64,000 nucleotides of DNA from Schizochytrium sp. TIO01 (GCA_004764695.1 SMSO01000032.1:4434483-4498482), one strand, 5' to 3'; positions 35,001-41,759 are shown, numbered from the stretch's first letter. The notes: a model not told the origin generated them from the letters alone. Numbers and translations: made by a program.

Positions 35001-36523
35001 ATGTCAATTTCCGAGCTACTTTAGAGACCCATGCATCACAACCACAAGGCAACGAGCAGATCTATGGTGAGTTCTATGGTACAAATGATACAGTTGGTGT
35101 TTGTCTTGATATGGACCAAGGGCAAATATCCTTTTTCATGGATGGAATCAAATATGGCCAGCATACTATGAAAGACCTCGGTATTGCTTTTTCTCCATCA
35201 CAAATCGAAGGTAAAACAGACTCGCGCATGGACCGTTCTGCACCCCTTACGCTTTATCCTGTAATCGGTTTACGTCGCTCGCGTGGAAACAAGGTGCGTG
35301 TCTTGCATAAATACTTTTCTGTTCCACGTCGCTGCCCGAGTCAAGTTCTTAGTGACGTGCAGATTGTAGCCAATCTCCTGCAAAGTTTTTGGGAGGACAA
35401 CAAAGGAGCGGCCGCAGCACTTCCACGAGAAATTGTGAGCCGTGCGTGGCGCCATTATACGCGCTGGGCACAGGAACGTGTGAGGCGTTATCCTTGCCGT
35501 GCCCGGGGTCAATATGTTGAAGTCGACATATCTGCAGCATCGTGTGAATCGGTGAGCGGTGAATACGTTCAACTGGAGAGTGGGCGTCGTGGTCTTCGTG
35601 CTGGAGATCGGGTTCGCGTCCTTCAAAGTTGTGGTCGTGACCTGGAGGCCTCAGAAGAAGCTTGTATTCTGGGAGTCTACAATAATCGTATCTGGTATAG
35701 AGTTGAGTCCCAGTCAGGAGGTGGCCACGAAGGGATGGAAGAGGGTGCTTCACATGCATGGTATTGGGATCCTCACGAGCTACCCCTTCTCGAGGTTCTT
35801 TATGAAGTTCCACAGGAGGAGAGCCCAGAGAGTGTGGCTGCTAGGAACGCAGATAAGGTCCCCGACATATCAAGCGAAGAAAACTTTGCTGAGCTTCTCG
35901 GTGGGTGGGCCGTGCAAGACGACTATATGCTGGTTCAAGTTGTGAATGAGCGATGCAATGTTCTTGGCGTTGACCCAATCAATGTTGACCCATGGGAGTT
36001 TAGTGAACTTGTTCCGAATCACCCTGTGGAGTCGGTCCTTGCTCGCATTTCCTTTCTGCGACTATGGAACTGTATTGCAAAACGAGTTCTCCCCCTAGTA
36101 GATATTCGTGGACCTTTAGGTAAATTGCTTACCAATTACCGTCAGTTACTGTTCACATGGACAAAGAAGTCGTTTTTCGACCAGGTTCTCGCCGCAACAA
36201 CAACATCCACACCACTCGCCCAGGATGAATATGATGATCCTCCCCAGATTCGAAATGTGAATGTAAATCGGATTCGCGCTGCCCCACCTAAGCTTGTTAC
36301 AATTCCTAACTCTGCAAAGCGTCTCCAGGCGTCAGTTTTTGGACAGCTTTATGCGGAGATTGCGAAGTGGTCTGCAAATAGTTTGCGACGTGCCTACGTC
36401 GGAAAAGGCCATGGTGGCCAGCGACGTGCCTTCAAGGTGAAATTCCTTGGTGAGGGTGTGAAAGACTATGGTGGCCCATATCGTGCCGTTTTTCGAACAG
36501 GCTGTAGACGAACTACAAAATGA
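23015..36523 (+). CDS. Giant HERC-like HECT E3 ubiquitin ligase, N-terminal part (UIM, 3 SPRY, 2 UBA, MIB/HERC2, start of HECT); continues in the +1 frame to 37505
   Basis: UIM DEEAMLQQALAMSL; SPRY repeats (YQWSV...GDVVTLTLD...LYPAV; GMWYYEV...MQIGW...NFGQRPF; GVHYWEVKV...DTVGVCLD...LYPVI); UBA ELDMGFPKEVCQIAL and VEMGFPERYC; MIB-HERC2 GDLVIRGPAWDCGDEDGG; HECT start FKVKFLGEGVKDYGGPYR. Confidence 0.92.
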   Translation: MASQKHQTSGGNNNASSSTSKSKPTRTLSLEDLCADKVTNLSRDDLVFLASADLYEHGERRSVYDSLLDLTQYPASRVAIPHELELERETKDISGLTSSLSNSSLSSSSGSRDKKSQRRKKKRGKANAGTGDGEDDEEIADTDIASQADAAGRFGTHVFARLLSETRHDPLLQSALLSHEFIIGKPSAQEALDEALQHQHQQQRQDQKKDGEILAKAEAQEETSLAEVSAAKESSESPSAKEECEDVVHQETTTENLLKSDTQSETSTAKAVVQDDKIQGGEDKIDGISQNSEDIALARKRGAKLWRIRRASELRAYESDTTKMSALSGSDIRQISTRAVQDPQPLHAVLISVHVLEAEDDSVRVHDLQLCNQSVPLASSKTAAEIILDYFGRLAQDYIASKGKVGKRAIHAHPLTFLLLHSLLRRLPSNSSVTARRILAILTANFYHLGLKRVSPSSVGLGHVSEGSGDFVFKLRDLVVDLAIRPWKSDSEPKLSAAAVNQATLCWALAIPFFYPTQLKRRQILLDLLQNPRRENPLLIEALCAQLSHPSLAVVDLDVMRALLDSIAHTESNTLEGAPFYPLATYASTNDEKVASKMFTTEEDSSKAEIGSLEGSQDHGVCGDALLSSFNEEMDEEAMLQQALAMSLAAQDPEPSTPPRARLAKAETASASSNDAPIAVPTPPTMSSERQTEHDLAETSRKVFPAGFFQKRLLKVTQDLLFQLYGDASTAGSTDKTRNSLESQLVLQEARCAESIELSNKDRTATQKADKEWGTALAQVALTKERRIYQWSVILNRCEKGHVFIGVATQSANTSTYLGGDRNGWGLIGTKVLWHNRSKYRSYGSGFRTGDVVTLTLDTEEGTLSYQCNGKSDWGVAFRGLSDFCNEGLYPAVALYQRGDSVTIGEAISQSTDSSNAEASREINVGGHFSMMLPAPSLHARMNRVNERLASEDIALPSMEYFQELIRQPSCVRSGLIEGLLATMVLWPQNGIALPTALESIRLGLQLLADDPKSFARLEDNVPVLEGKWNFHSQEPLSQIYELSFEEDPDTGALMSPADTSSSVSVSGFRTGRHVNFTEEWKEAGSSCTLSLRILPGDFIMFGTYTDKRSLSTSGIVFAYRSDYSRELLESKIKPAEWQQLIGLYLGKMASIVLRARTFDEMHPSKANSAVTKGLPGGLDASSAESDGLDVGKQASEDSEEDDNEDVAVGAGNLDVDEGDESNSTKGEATPADRRDNTTSDKEISKLLHSQLLEGGFSAGTLNSFLRYRSGQFVEGQTVLALSGHDVRTLSSPVNSLGKSPKSGESLSPTAEPDRSVKEEVSWGVDDEKDIVFLEAFLLNQDDTALALSDTANIKNEDIRSQDPQNVMHSDIDQLDQWMLRFAGKSAFISVGGSAMRAARLATVAAMLMHTGLLQEARLLYLWLKQTDNWEQDKDLDGLQPSRMLTGVWRASQRIIEWAIRSKQQSGSTYGVLAEKIVTKARFLLSVKPSAVPYLDFTIGLQRRPSSDSLGPLRVDASQLEGSSDSAAKHISISSLITSSFVDQIVAEHPANVSLLEILEQWKRVAKFVTRSSGSFRTHPHALESVIKFVKGNFTVSRLRSSMLDATWRATQRSAGLNLFSLFFSKHRAKTLSFQQVFGLPDITVLPAVRQGVLEWLAPALQNGKLPICLEKFSLPPRGSSLAVSSSRATFSRGGSRTDSGQAQSSTGLNAILEQREQRAPEITPMDFTDLGGGPASERGFGGSSDTGGIASTSASDNSSSSSSISDGNYLTDTCGCGKELQHTVRTSFEHLFSTLAADLERAAMGEAPAMQLGIINTWNLSLSPHDHQFLSRIGIFRIFHQVLSSARARISTLEDAESEAGNDIAPTGLTSASGNEILIEVYQRIMKAALMVVHLLAAQIVSSKGVYGDDSTSFSLRSPTASLLNNLKTHTRPTGAETLGKSVFEMLFTELETALESNAEEEYAYQVIMLLFTITVNGIRTCAPYLSSADRIDTLLQATYSSSPRIHHRTIRLLARLLPTIRLSPLIDDLQTNVDVIRRLSALVESAHPGTLAEMTEACIGDSVESLSYETRVARASDVVALIRLLLNDKQSPWAAVVQEILLEMLKNKSQERQRWAAVCILGGMFDPIRICGKVQFSPAWLSRVDEAHYEEMKALSQKVGVLAAFKGTKQETAQILLQDLPSGSTDGSMENETSGATSSKEPSLNSNRASDKETLRLMSATLDTDLIVPIPEIEVTMEMRGLLLSAYKDALQELAGSEQCLPGLNTIQAGKIEDSNAGIASKGDGDNEDEDDTPEEETRKHYFERAEIGLQRAIMKAALSKSVVALGAEQVFSPDFIEKLLELAVDATPTSGIRDLGKVEAWWRHTLQRYNEILDAQAKLVRADADSSERNKDGEAGADKGSISASDDEEELSPELRSIMELDMGFPKEVCQIALERCNNDVDAAIDFCIEHNGDIDILVEAAERARRQSVSASNEVQVSSVRRRFVIEKLVEMGFPERYCARAVDTVGENFDNALTWILSNGDVLNQEDEDDSAESETQNEVLDGAGPDLSSNTLQEDAIAHGDFPQGVMSQKTHALAQNLPIGTGGLTATSGMDVVDIKDDLTVGVKVSANGFPSVCARDILLHKGMWYYEVTLMTDNCMQIGWADASFTGNAGEGDGVGDDGRSWSFDGYRQFAWHAKSRSWGRAWAKNQVVCIAIDLDKGDMWFGLDGDYENGMGLMVSGLRRDVDYIEGLTPAASLNRTEKMQFNFGQRPFKFHPPSCFPDNKWRPVAAGITDRECNARYYRWFDDVSEESVSKYFHQHQVEDCFEEEVPAFSSRVLKERYFPTESPSAGSNNINISGLGGTVAGIGSSTSGARQGHRLHGIGAPGSRSRAAQVEPNQPNKVVPDNICAGGELDEDLLSVKDLDLISVAPLQDVVNDFRKARGLLPGATIKSVLASLLVTSKTLVCLYARLSLVSLLESWSTLNSDTVESLAASLASGPKRGELFTKFLKLVANDVVPLPRSGLVAEPDALLSAIRCALFSICQTTNVVEAILQSVSFDLARASMRIFGSVQWKDSTVLSQVFTEAKRFDLPSLLNHAAAVYKKQTSENMGRYCGPAASNMRFDDVVITELPSVKLALWYTHFLVESRGFDASVVRKLFAAWSLALRSPGVSLKHLAVEVLCTILNQVLNCAESHDVSSQLLDLLTLAPFERIQKLAKRCLNRAGTTAVVHGHLLQAIAELCTLWQSIQQKLPDRSGTALDALDAASLAIHDADDLVGVGPDSFSGMLLQYPIKIPSDDEEAKALDDEASLILRNIQIGDLVIRGPAWDCGDEDGGIGNIGFVVGMEEQHVLVRWRVAKDFGDIHSSAQGSGQDIVPPVVHPDQVSIAAQHDDQVVNEQAHHNNEQQSFQDLVNHAGEGVEDEDEDEDEDEDEEVDEEEDVEEHDDSESYTDDALLRKYEPYDKSLKSWRLVTLRYRPDDNDFVRLDLPSLQEEEVRRNIETQRKKRAFNIVHSTRAIPENEAKMGARLRLGVQLWLTRDRAHGILRLPVFHADIRVSVSQLEDGTLKVVEEELLEGTPTRGWEARFGSPQWRPGTVYYLHENPETQKLSGKFSIELPEIRVPHHVNCLEDRMKDCKELEELEEEARSKSNSETSRSGGRGGPGLSGGSNGVQRVFIQRGEQEQAIAVDISALEELGDSDLLEALLRPLMGGSSVAEVDVRNLSRRAAQAIGRQSESDFHQQQQQVSSSRSRHSLQNSRTGTSDARREQRASSSISAASLSQASEFDDDAIAAVEAEYLKPVTVHLKGAVSATVHATRLWTFHQLLCKAGVEVPEHMSITSEGVDRSILPDHLIAEICRSKDDTELDLVVSDVNSSNTSSEQTRISIDQSLSSETETELESLVVHGTVELSAHELYQLDKDAKGSSMLLSDSDQLVTLSSHDMESRGLVIGTVGFSSGVHYWEVKVEQASQEYGSVFVGVSERPPGVFAAGTQLSFLRRWDRSPAAYGYVNFRATLETHASQPQGNEQIYGEFYGTNDTVGVCLDMDQGQISFFMDGIKYGQHTMKDLGIAFSPSQIEGKTDSRMDRSAPLTLYPVIGLRRSRGNKVRVLHKYFSVPRRCPSQVLSDVQIVANLLQSFWEDNKGAAAALPREIVSRAWRHYTRWAQERVRRYPCRARGQYVEVDISAASCESVSGEYVQLESGRRGLRAGDRVRVLQSCGRDLEASEEACILGVYNNRIWYRVESQSGGGHEGMEEGASHAWYWDPHELPLLEVLYEVPQEESPESVAARNADKVPDISSEENFAELLGGWAVQDDYMLVQVVNERCNVLGVDPINVDPWEFSELVPNHPVESVLARISFLRLWNCIAKRVLPLVDIRGPLGKLLTNYRQLLFTWTKKSFFDQVLAATTTSTPLAQDEYDDPPQIRNVNVNRIRAAPPKLVTIPNSAKRLQASVFGQLYAEIAKWSANSLRRAYVGKGHGGQRRAFKVKFLGEGVKDYGGPYRAVFRTGCRRTTK

Positions 36524-37505
36524 CACCGAATGGGCCGATGCCCGCAACGCGTGCCTCCTTCCGTTGCTTGTACCAAGCCCCAATAGAGCCACAAACAGCG
36601 GCGATCTAGGTCGAGACAAATATTGTTTTCGCCCTTCTGAGAAAAGCTTGAAACGGTTCACCTTTTTAGGCAAACTTGTTGGTATGGCGGCCCGACATGG
36701 ATTGCAAATGGGTCTTGATTTGCCGTCTGCTTACTGGCGCCAGCTTGCAAACCTTGATGTTCATGTGAGTTCACTTGAAGAAATTGACAAAGTCTTCATG
36801 AACTCCATGAGGATGATAAGCAAGATGGCTGCGGCTGGACCAACGGAGGAAGGCATGACTCTGGCCGATTCCTTAGGAGTGGAGCGATTCCTGGAAGTGC
36901 CCCTTTCAGATGGAAGTGTGATCCCTGTGGTGAAAGATGGTAATAAAATTCCATTGACATTTGAGAACGCACAGGATTATGTTGAACGGGCACAACAAGC
37001 TCGTATTAACGAAGCTCGAGAGCAACTTGACGCATTTCGTCAAGGATTGGGGGCTGTTGTTCCCGTCGAGATATTCTCCTATTTTACAGAGGGTGAGCTC
37101 GAGACTCTTTTATGCGGACGAAAAGAACTTGATGTGGGCCAGCTTAAGGCTTGCACAGAATATGAAGGTGTTTCTCCCACTGATCAACACGTACAATGGT
37201 TTTGGGAAGTGCTTGAGGAAATGTCTTGCGAAGAGCGTACTGAGTTTCTGCGATTCTCCTCTGCACGTTCTCGGATGCCAGCTTCAACGTTAGACATGCA
37301 AAGTTCATTTAAAATCACCGCATCGTCAGGAAAGGCAGCAGAACATCCAGATGACTTTTTACCAACAAGTCAAACGTGTTTTTGGCAGATGTCATTGCCA
37401 AAGTATACAAACAAAGAAACTCTTCGAAAGAAGCTCTTGCTGGCCTTTGAATGTTCTTTGATGGATGGTGATTTTTTGCAACGCTCTGCCGAAGGTTGGC
37501 TGTGA
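36492..37505 (+). CDS. C-terminal HECT catalytic domain of the giant E3 ligase (same gene, +1 frame after T5 run 36489-36493)
   Basis: FEQAVDELQ...LLVPSPN...FTFLGKLVGMA...ELETLLCG...WFWEVLEEM...FLRFSSARSRMP...LPTSQTCFWQMSLPKY (catalytic Cys). Joins seamlessly to GGPYRAVF; the fused product is ~4,829 aa. Confidence 0.9.
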   Translation, partial: FEQAVDELQNDTEWADARNACLLPLLVPSPNRATNSGDLGRDKYCFRPSEKSLKRFTFLGKLVGMAARHGLQMGLDLPSAYWRQLANLDVHVSSLEEIDKVFMNSMRMISKMAAAGPTEEGMTLADSLGVERFLEVPLSDGSVIPVVKDGNKIPLTFENAQDYVERAQQARINEAREQLDAFRQGLGAVVPVEIFSYFTEGELETLLCGRKELDVGQLKACTEYEGVSPTDQHVQWFWEVLEEMSCEERTEFLRFSSARSRMPASTLDMQSSFKITASSGKAAEHPDDFLPTSQTCFWQMSLPKYTNKETLRKKLLLAFECSLMDGDFLQRSAEGWL

Positions 37506-38068
37506 TAGATTAAACACCCTAAGTTTTATAAAAAATAATTAATTAATTAATTTCTAGAATTAAATGTATATGACCTATAGACCTTTATTTTATTCATTTA
37601 TTTATTTATTCTAATGTATAGGCCTATATATAAAATAAAATACATTTAAATTCACATTTAAATTTATAGGTATCACCTTTTGATAGCTGGAATTCCTCCA
37701 TTCCAAATGGAGATGATAGGTGAACTTCAACTTTTTTAAATATACAAAAGAATGAACTGGGATTTGAGAAAGGTATTAAGTACATAGACATGATGAGGAC
37801 TTCCAAGTAACTTGAAAATTGATGAAGAAAACATTATTAGTATTATTATTACTATTATTTTGCGACATCGCTAGCCATATATAACAGTTGTATTCTCTAG
37901 AGGGGGATGAAACAAAATGCTCAATTCATGAGATAATAAAAAAAGAAAAGAAAAAGTGTGGCCAGTCTTGTATAGCTTGCTATAGAAATCTATGTTTTGG
38001 TTTAAATTAGCTTTTATATGCTTGGACCAAATTTTTGCGGATTTTAGGCATCTTCTCCGTTTGAGTAT

Positions 38069-39505
38069 TTAGCGAAGAGAAATAATAACAATGCTAATAT
38101 TATCAACAGATTGCACAAGGGCTTGCTTCATCAAGCGATCAGATGCGTACTGAATATCGTTCTTCTCTTTCAGGGCGTGCGCAACTATGTTCACTGCATC
38201 TTGGTTTGAAACAGTATCCCAGAGACCATCTGAAGCCATGATAATGAACTCATCAGATGGTAATATCTGGTCCGTATATAACTCAGGGGCTGGAATGACA
38301 ATGCCCTTCTCAAGAAGCTCGTCATCCTTGGGTGACGGTCCGGACGGCTTCATGTTTGCCAAGGTTTCTATTTCTAGCCCTTTGTGCATGATGTCCCCAA
38401 ACGATCTTGATACAGCCAATGATCCATCCACTTGACCCTTTCTGTTAACAGTGCCACCAGCTTTCCGAATCCTCTGTGTCTCGTCCTCACGAGATGCCTT
38501 GTGGTCTTCGGAGAGTTGAACAGACTTGCCTCCTCGTGAAAGAACAGCTCGACTATCTCCAACCCAAGCCACAGTCAAAAATCTTCCTGATTCGAATGAC
38601 TTATCCTCTCCAACGAATGCAAGCAGTGCTGTCGAACCAGCTTTACGGTATTCCTCTACTGCAGACGAGTCTGCAGCACGGTCGCCTTTCGTGCGTAGCA
38701 GAGATTGGCGTGCTTCACCAGCTTTCACCTTTGCTTTTTGGTCCATTATCATGGTGGCAGCTTTTTGAAGCATGGTGCGATCAAACTCAAGACATCCATG
38801 ATAGATTGCATCTTGCAGATCAGTAGTGAACGTCTCTTGCGCTGCAATCGTGCGATGCAGGGATTCTTTCAATAGTTCAGAAACACGAGAGCCGCCGTGA
38901 CCATCATAAACCGCCGCGAAGAAAACCGGATTCGACTTGGACGATGAAAACCATGAATCTTGTCCGGGTTTGGTTAATTTTGAGCAAATAGATATGCAGT
39001 CCTCCATACTAGCACGATTGTTTTGTTCTTTGCTTGATGCGTAACGAATATTTGTCCAGGCTACCTTTTTGCCTCCTCGCAGTTCTTTCGGTAGATCGGT
39101 CCCAAACATCGGGATGCTTGGAGGTGGAGCTCCATCATCATCGTCGTCGTCATTTAGACCCCCATGGTTTTTATCGCTGCAAATCTCCTGGATAGAAGCT
39201 TGTTTTGTAGCACCTGTAGATTGTTGCTGCTGGTGACGTTTGTTCATCCGGCCGATGTCGTACTTGCTCGTTTGCTGGGAGTACTCGCTCTCATCATCAG
39301 AGTTGAGATCCTCATCATCATCATCAATCACAACGTCAATTTTGAGAAGTTCATCAAGGTCTTCTTCTCCTCCATTACTTCGAGCTGCTGACATACTTGA
39401 GTTAGGACTAAAGTTAGTCATAGCAAGTAGACTGTCCCGTGCTTGTAACTGGTCAATCGCTGCTTCCTGTTCCTCTTTAGTTGGTGCAACTGATGTTCCG
39501 TTGTC
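38069..39505 (-). CDS. PP2C (PPM) Ser/Thr phosphatase domain; probably the C-terminal part of the upstream cNMP-kinase gene (+1 frame)
   Basis: RASMEDC, VYDGHGG, AGSTA, VGDSRAVL, EDHK, LAVSRSFGD, ASDGLWD, DNISIVII. The frame is open from 39625, overlapping the end of the kinase ORF. Confidence 0.9.
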   Translation of the reverse strand, partial: DNGTSVAPTKEEQEAAIDQLQARDSLLAMTNFSPNSSMSAARSNGGEEDLDELLKIDVVIDDDDEDLNSDDESEYSQQTSKYDIGRMNKRHQQQQSTGATKQASIQEICSDKNHGGLNDDDDDDGAPPPSIPMFGTDLPKELRGGKKVAWTNIRYASSKEQNNRASMEDCISICSKLTKPGQDSWFSSSKSNPVFFAAVYDGHGGSRVSELLKESLHRTIAAQETFTTDLQDAIYHGCLEFDRTMLQKAATMIMDQKAKVKAGEARQSLLRTKGDRAADSSAVEEYRKAGSTALLAFVGEDKSFESGRFLTVAWVGDSRAVLSRGGKSVQLSEDHKASREDETQRIRKAGGTVNRKGQVDGSLAVSRSFGDIMHKGLEIETLANMKPSGPSPKDDELLEKGIVIPAPELYTDQILPSDEFIIMASDGLWDTVSNQDAVNIVAHALKEKNDIQYASDRLMKQALVQSVDNISIVIISLR

Positions 39506-41759
39506 AAAGTTGGTCAAGAAAGTACTTGGCTGGCCCGGTTGCCGGAACTTCCGCAGTCTCAGAGTGAGCAAGGTCTTCAGCAATAGGCATAAGCAACTCT
39601 GATCCTTCCTCTGTGACCCACTCATGATTCATAACCTCCTCAAGTACGGGCCTTTTCAGGGGGTCTTTCGAAAGCAATCGTTGAATGAGATTCTTAAGAT
39701 GAGGGGAGTAGTTGCTCTGGTTCCAGTCATGTGGAAATTGAAGTTCGTCGTTCTTTACCTTTTTGGCAAGTTTAATTTCATCATCAGACATCCAGGGTGG
39801 GGTTCCGGTCACCATCATAAAGAGAGTGGCTCCGCAGGACCAGAGATCGACAGCAGGTCCATCATACTCCTCCTGGTCTTCGACAAGAAGTTCGGGTGCC
39901 ATAAACGCGGGTGTTCCTGTTACACCAGAAATCCATTTGGTTCCACCAGTAATCATCCGCGCAGCACCAAAGTCAGCAATTTTCACGACATTTTCCTTTG
40001 TCAAAAGAAGATTGGCAGGTTTAATATCGCGGTGAACAACGCCTTGAGCATGAAGATAATGTAGACCAAGAAGCAAATCCCGAAAGTATTCCCGTGCAGT
40101 ATTTTCAGGCAATGGCTGGTTGTTGTCTAGCCCTTCCATCAGAGCTCCATTTTCACAGTATTCTGTAACTATGTAAAGATGGTCATCTGCAGGATCATCG
40201 ATGACAGCGACTAGATTGACAATGTTTGGGTGACGAAGACGTTTCATGATTGCCACCTCTTGACGCATCTCTTCTAGACCAGGGGCGTGAACTGAGACAT
40301 TGTCTTTGATTTTAGACTTGTCAATTATTTTGATAGCGAATTCCTCACCAGTTTTTTCGTGAACACAAAGACGCACTCTACCAAATGTTCCGCGGCCGAT
40401 TTCACGACGCAAAACAAAGCCATTCACAATGCGATGCCCCCCCTTGCGTCGAGCATTCACAACACTCGTTTCGTCCACTAGCTTACTGCCTGAGACAGAC
40501 TGTGAGAGGGAAAGGGAGCTGCTCTCTACTGAATACCTGCGTGATGGCCCAGAGTCGATGGATGCATTTCGAGGTTTATTGCGTCGTGCATCACGCTTTG
40601 AACGGCGACGACGAATGACTTTGTCATCGGTTTGTAAGATTTGACTAAACTCTGAGTCCTCTGCCATGAGCGCTTGGAAATCCTTCGCCTTGAGTTCCAT
40701 GCAAATCAGACTCTCTGAAGCACGGATGCTAGCCAAACGCGGGGCGCCGCTCATAAGTGCCATCTGACCAAACGTATGTCCTTCGTAGAGGTGGGTCGTA
40801 ACTTCTCCATTTTCTACGACTTCGGCTGACCCCTTCGCAATCATATAGAAAGCATCGCCAACCTCGCCCTGGGTAACAACAAACTCCCCTTTTTCGAAAG
40901 CCACAGGACGTAATCGATTGACGATTTTGGTTTGCATGTCGGGGCGAAGCTTGCTCAGGAGAGGGATCTTTTGCACAATCATAAACACCCGGATATTCTC
41001 ATACTTGTCAAAAGCTTCTTTTGATAGATACATCACTGTTGTGCGTCCAACAGCAGACACGTTGGAGTTGCGCGCTTGGCTAAACAAAATTGATTGCTCG
41101 CCAAAGTAATCGTGCGTGTATATGTGAGTGATTTCACCTACATCCTCTCGCCATACAACGGCTTCACCGTTGACAATGATATACATTCGATCGCCATTAT
41201 CGCCTTGTGTAACAATTCGATCCCCATCGTTATAGTGCTCAACTCTAAGCTCCGCAAATAGTCGACGTTGGTGCTCCTCAGGGAAACGAGAGAAGAAGGG
41301 CACAGCACAGAGAACTTCAAAGTTTGTGCGAACAATCTCTGCACGTTCTTGTTCCAGTTGCGCTGTGGTAGGTTTGTCTGAGAAGAACCCATCATCATCG
41401 TTGATGTCAACAAGGTCTTCGCATTCGTCATCGCTACTATCTTGAATGCTGCTGAGGTTCGTGTCATCCTCATCACTGTCATCACTACTGCCGCTGCCAC
41501 CATCATCGGATTCGTTGCCGTATTTCTGAGATGCTTTTTTCAAGCCACGCGATGCAGTTCCGGATGCTTGTTGATCACCGGTGTCTGCGCGACTTTGGCT
41601 GCGTCTCATTTTCTTGTTGTCTGCAGAAGCTCCCCGAACACCGTCCTCGTCTTCTACTCCTTTTTCTCTTGCAGCAGCTGCAGCTGCAGCTTGGGCAGCT
41701 GTTGGTGATGCTTGTTCACGTTTTGCGGAGCTACGACCAAAGAGACGCAGCCTGTTCAT
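39504..41759 (-). CDS. Tandem cyclic-nucleotide-binding domains plus CaMKK/SAK1-family protein kinase
   Basis: Likely ATG at 41759 (MNRLRLFG). cNMP domains QGDNGDRMYII...YFGEQSIL...ARNS and QGEVGDAFYMI...TFGQMALM...PRLAS. Kinase motifs IGRGTFGRV, FAIK, QEVAIMKRLRHPNIVNLVAVIDDP, HRDIKPANLLL, ADFG, GTPAFMAPE. Confidence 0.92.
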   Translation of the reverse strand: MNRLRLFGRSSAKREQASPTAAQAAAAAAAREKGVEDEDGVRGASADNKKMRRSQSRADTGDQQASGTASRGLKKASQKYGNESDDGGSGSSDDSDEDDTNLSSIQDSSDDECEDLVDINDDDGFFSDKPTTAQLEQERAEIVRTNFEVLCAVPFFSRFPEEHQRRLFAELRVEHYNDGDRIVTQGDNGDRMYIIVNGEAVVWREDVGEITHIYTHDYFGEQSILFSQARNSNVSAVGRTTVMYLSKEAFDKYENIRVFMIVQKIPLLSKLRPDMQTKIVNRLRPVAFEKGEFVVTQGEVGDAFYMIAKGSAEVVENGEVTTHLYEGHTFGQMALMSGAPRLASIRASESLICMELKAKDFQALMAEDSEFSQILQTDDKVIRRRRSKRDARRNKPRNASIDSGPSRRYSVESSSLSLSQSVSGSKLVDETSVVNARRKGGHRIVNGFVLRREIGRGTFGRVRLCVHEKTGEEFAIKIIDKSKIKDNVSVHAPGLEEMRQEVAIMKRLRHPNIVNLVAVIDDPADDHLYIVTEYCENGALMEGLDNNQPLPENTAREYFRDLLLGLHYLHAQGVVHRDIKPANLLLTKENVVKIADFGAARMITGGTKWISGVTGTPAFMAPELLVEDQEEYDGPAVDLWSCGATLFMMVTGTPPWMSDDEIKLAKKVKNDELQFPHDWNQSNYSPHLKNLIQRLLSKDPLKRPVLEEVMNHEWVTEEGSELLMPIAEDLAHSETAEVPATGPAKYFLDQL

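Noticed and set aside
36468-37505. Independent 345-aa gene starting at ATG 36468
   Set aside because: It begins in mid-HECT domain, and its first residues are just an alternative frame of GGPYRAV; it is the tail of the giant ligase.
39460-39560. Small intron as an explanation for the kinase-PP2C frame break
   Set aside because: The best donor (GTACTT) with the nearest CAG acceptor keeps the wrong frame. The only frame-restoring option I found needs a weak GTTCCG donor, lacks a pyrimidine tract and deletes the conserved VAPTKEEQ segment.
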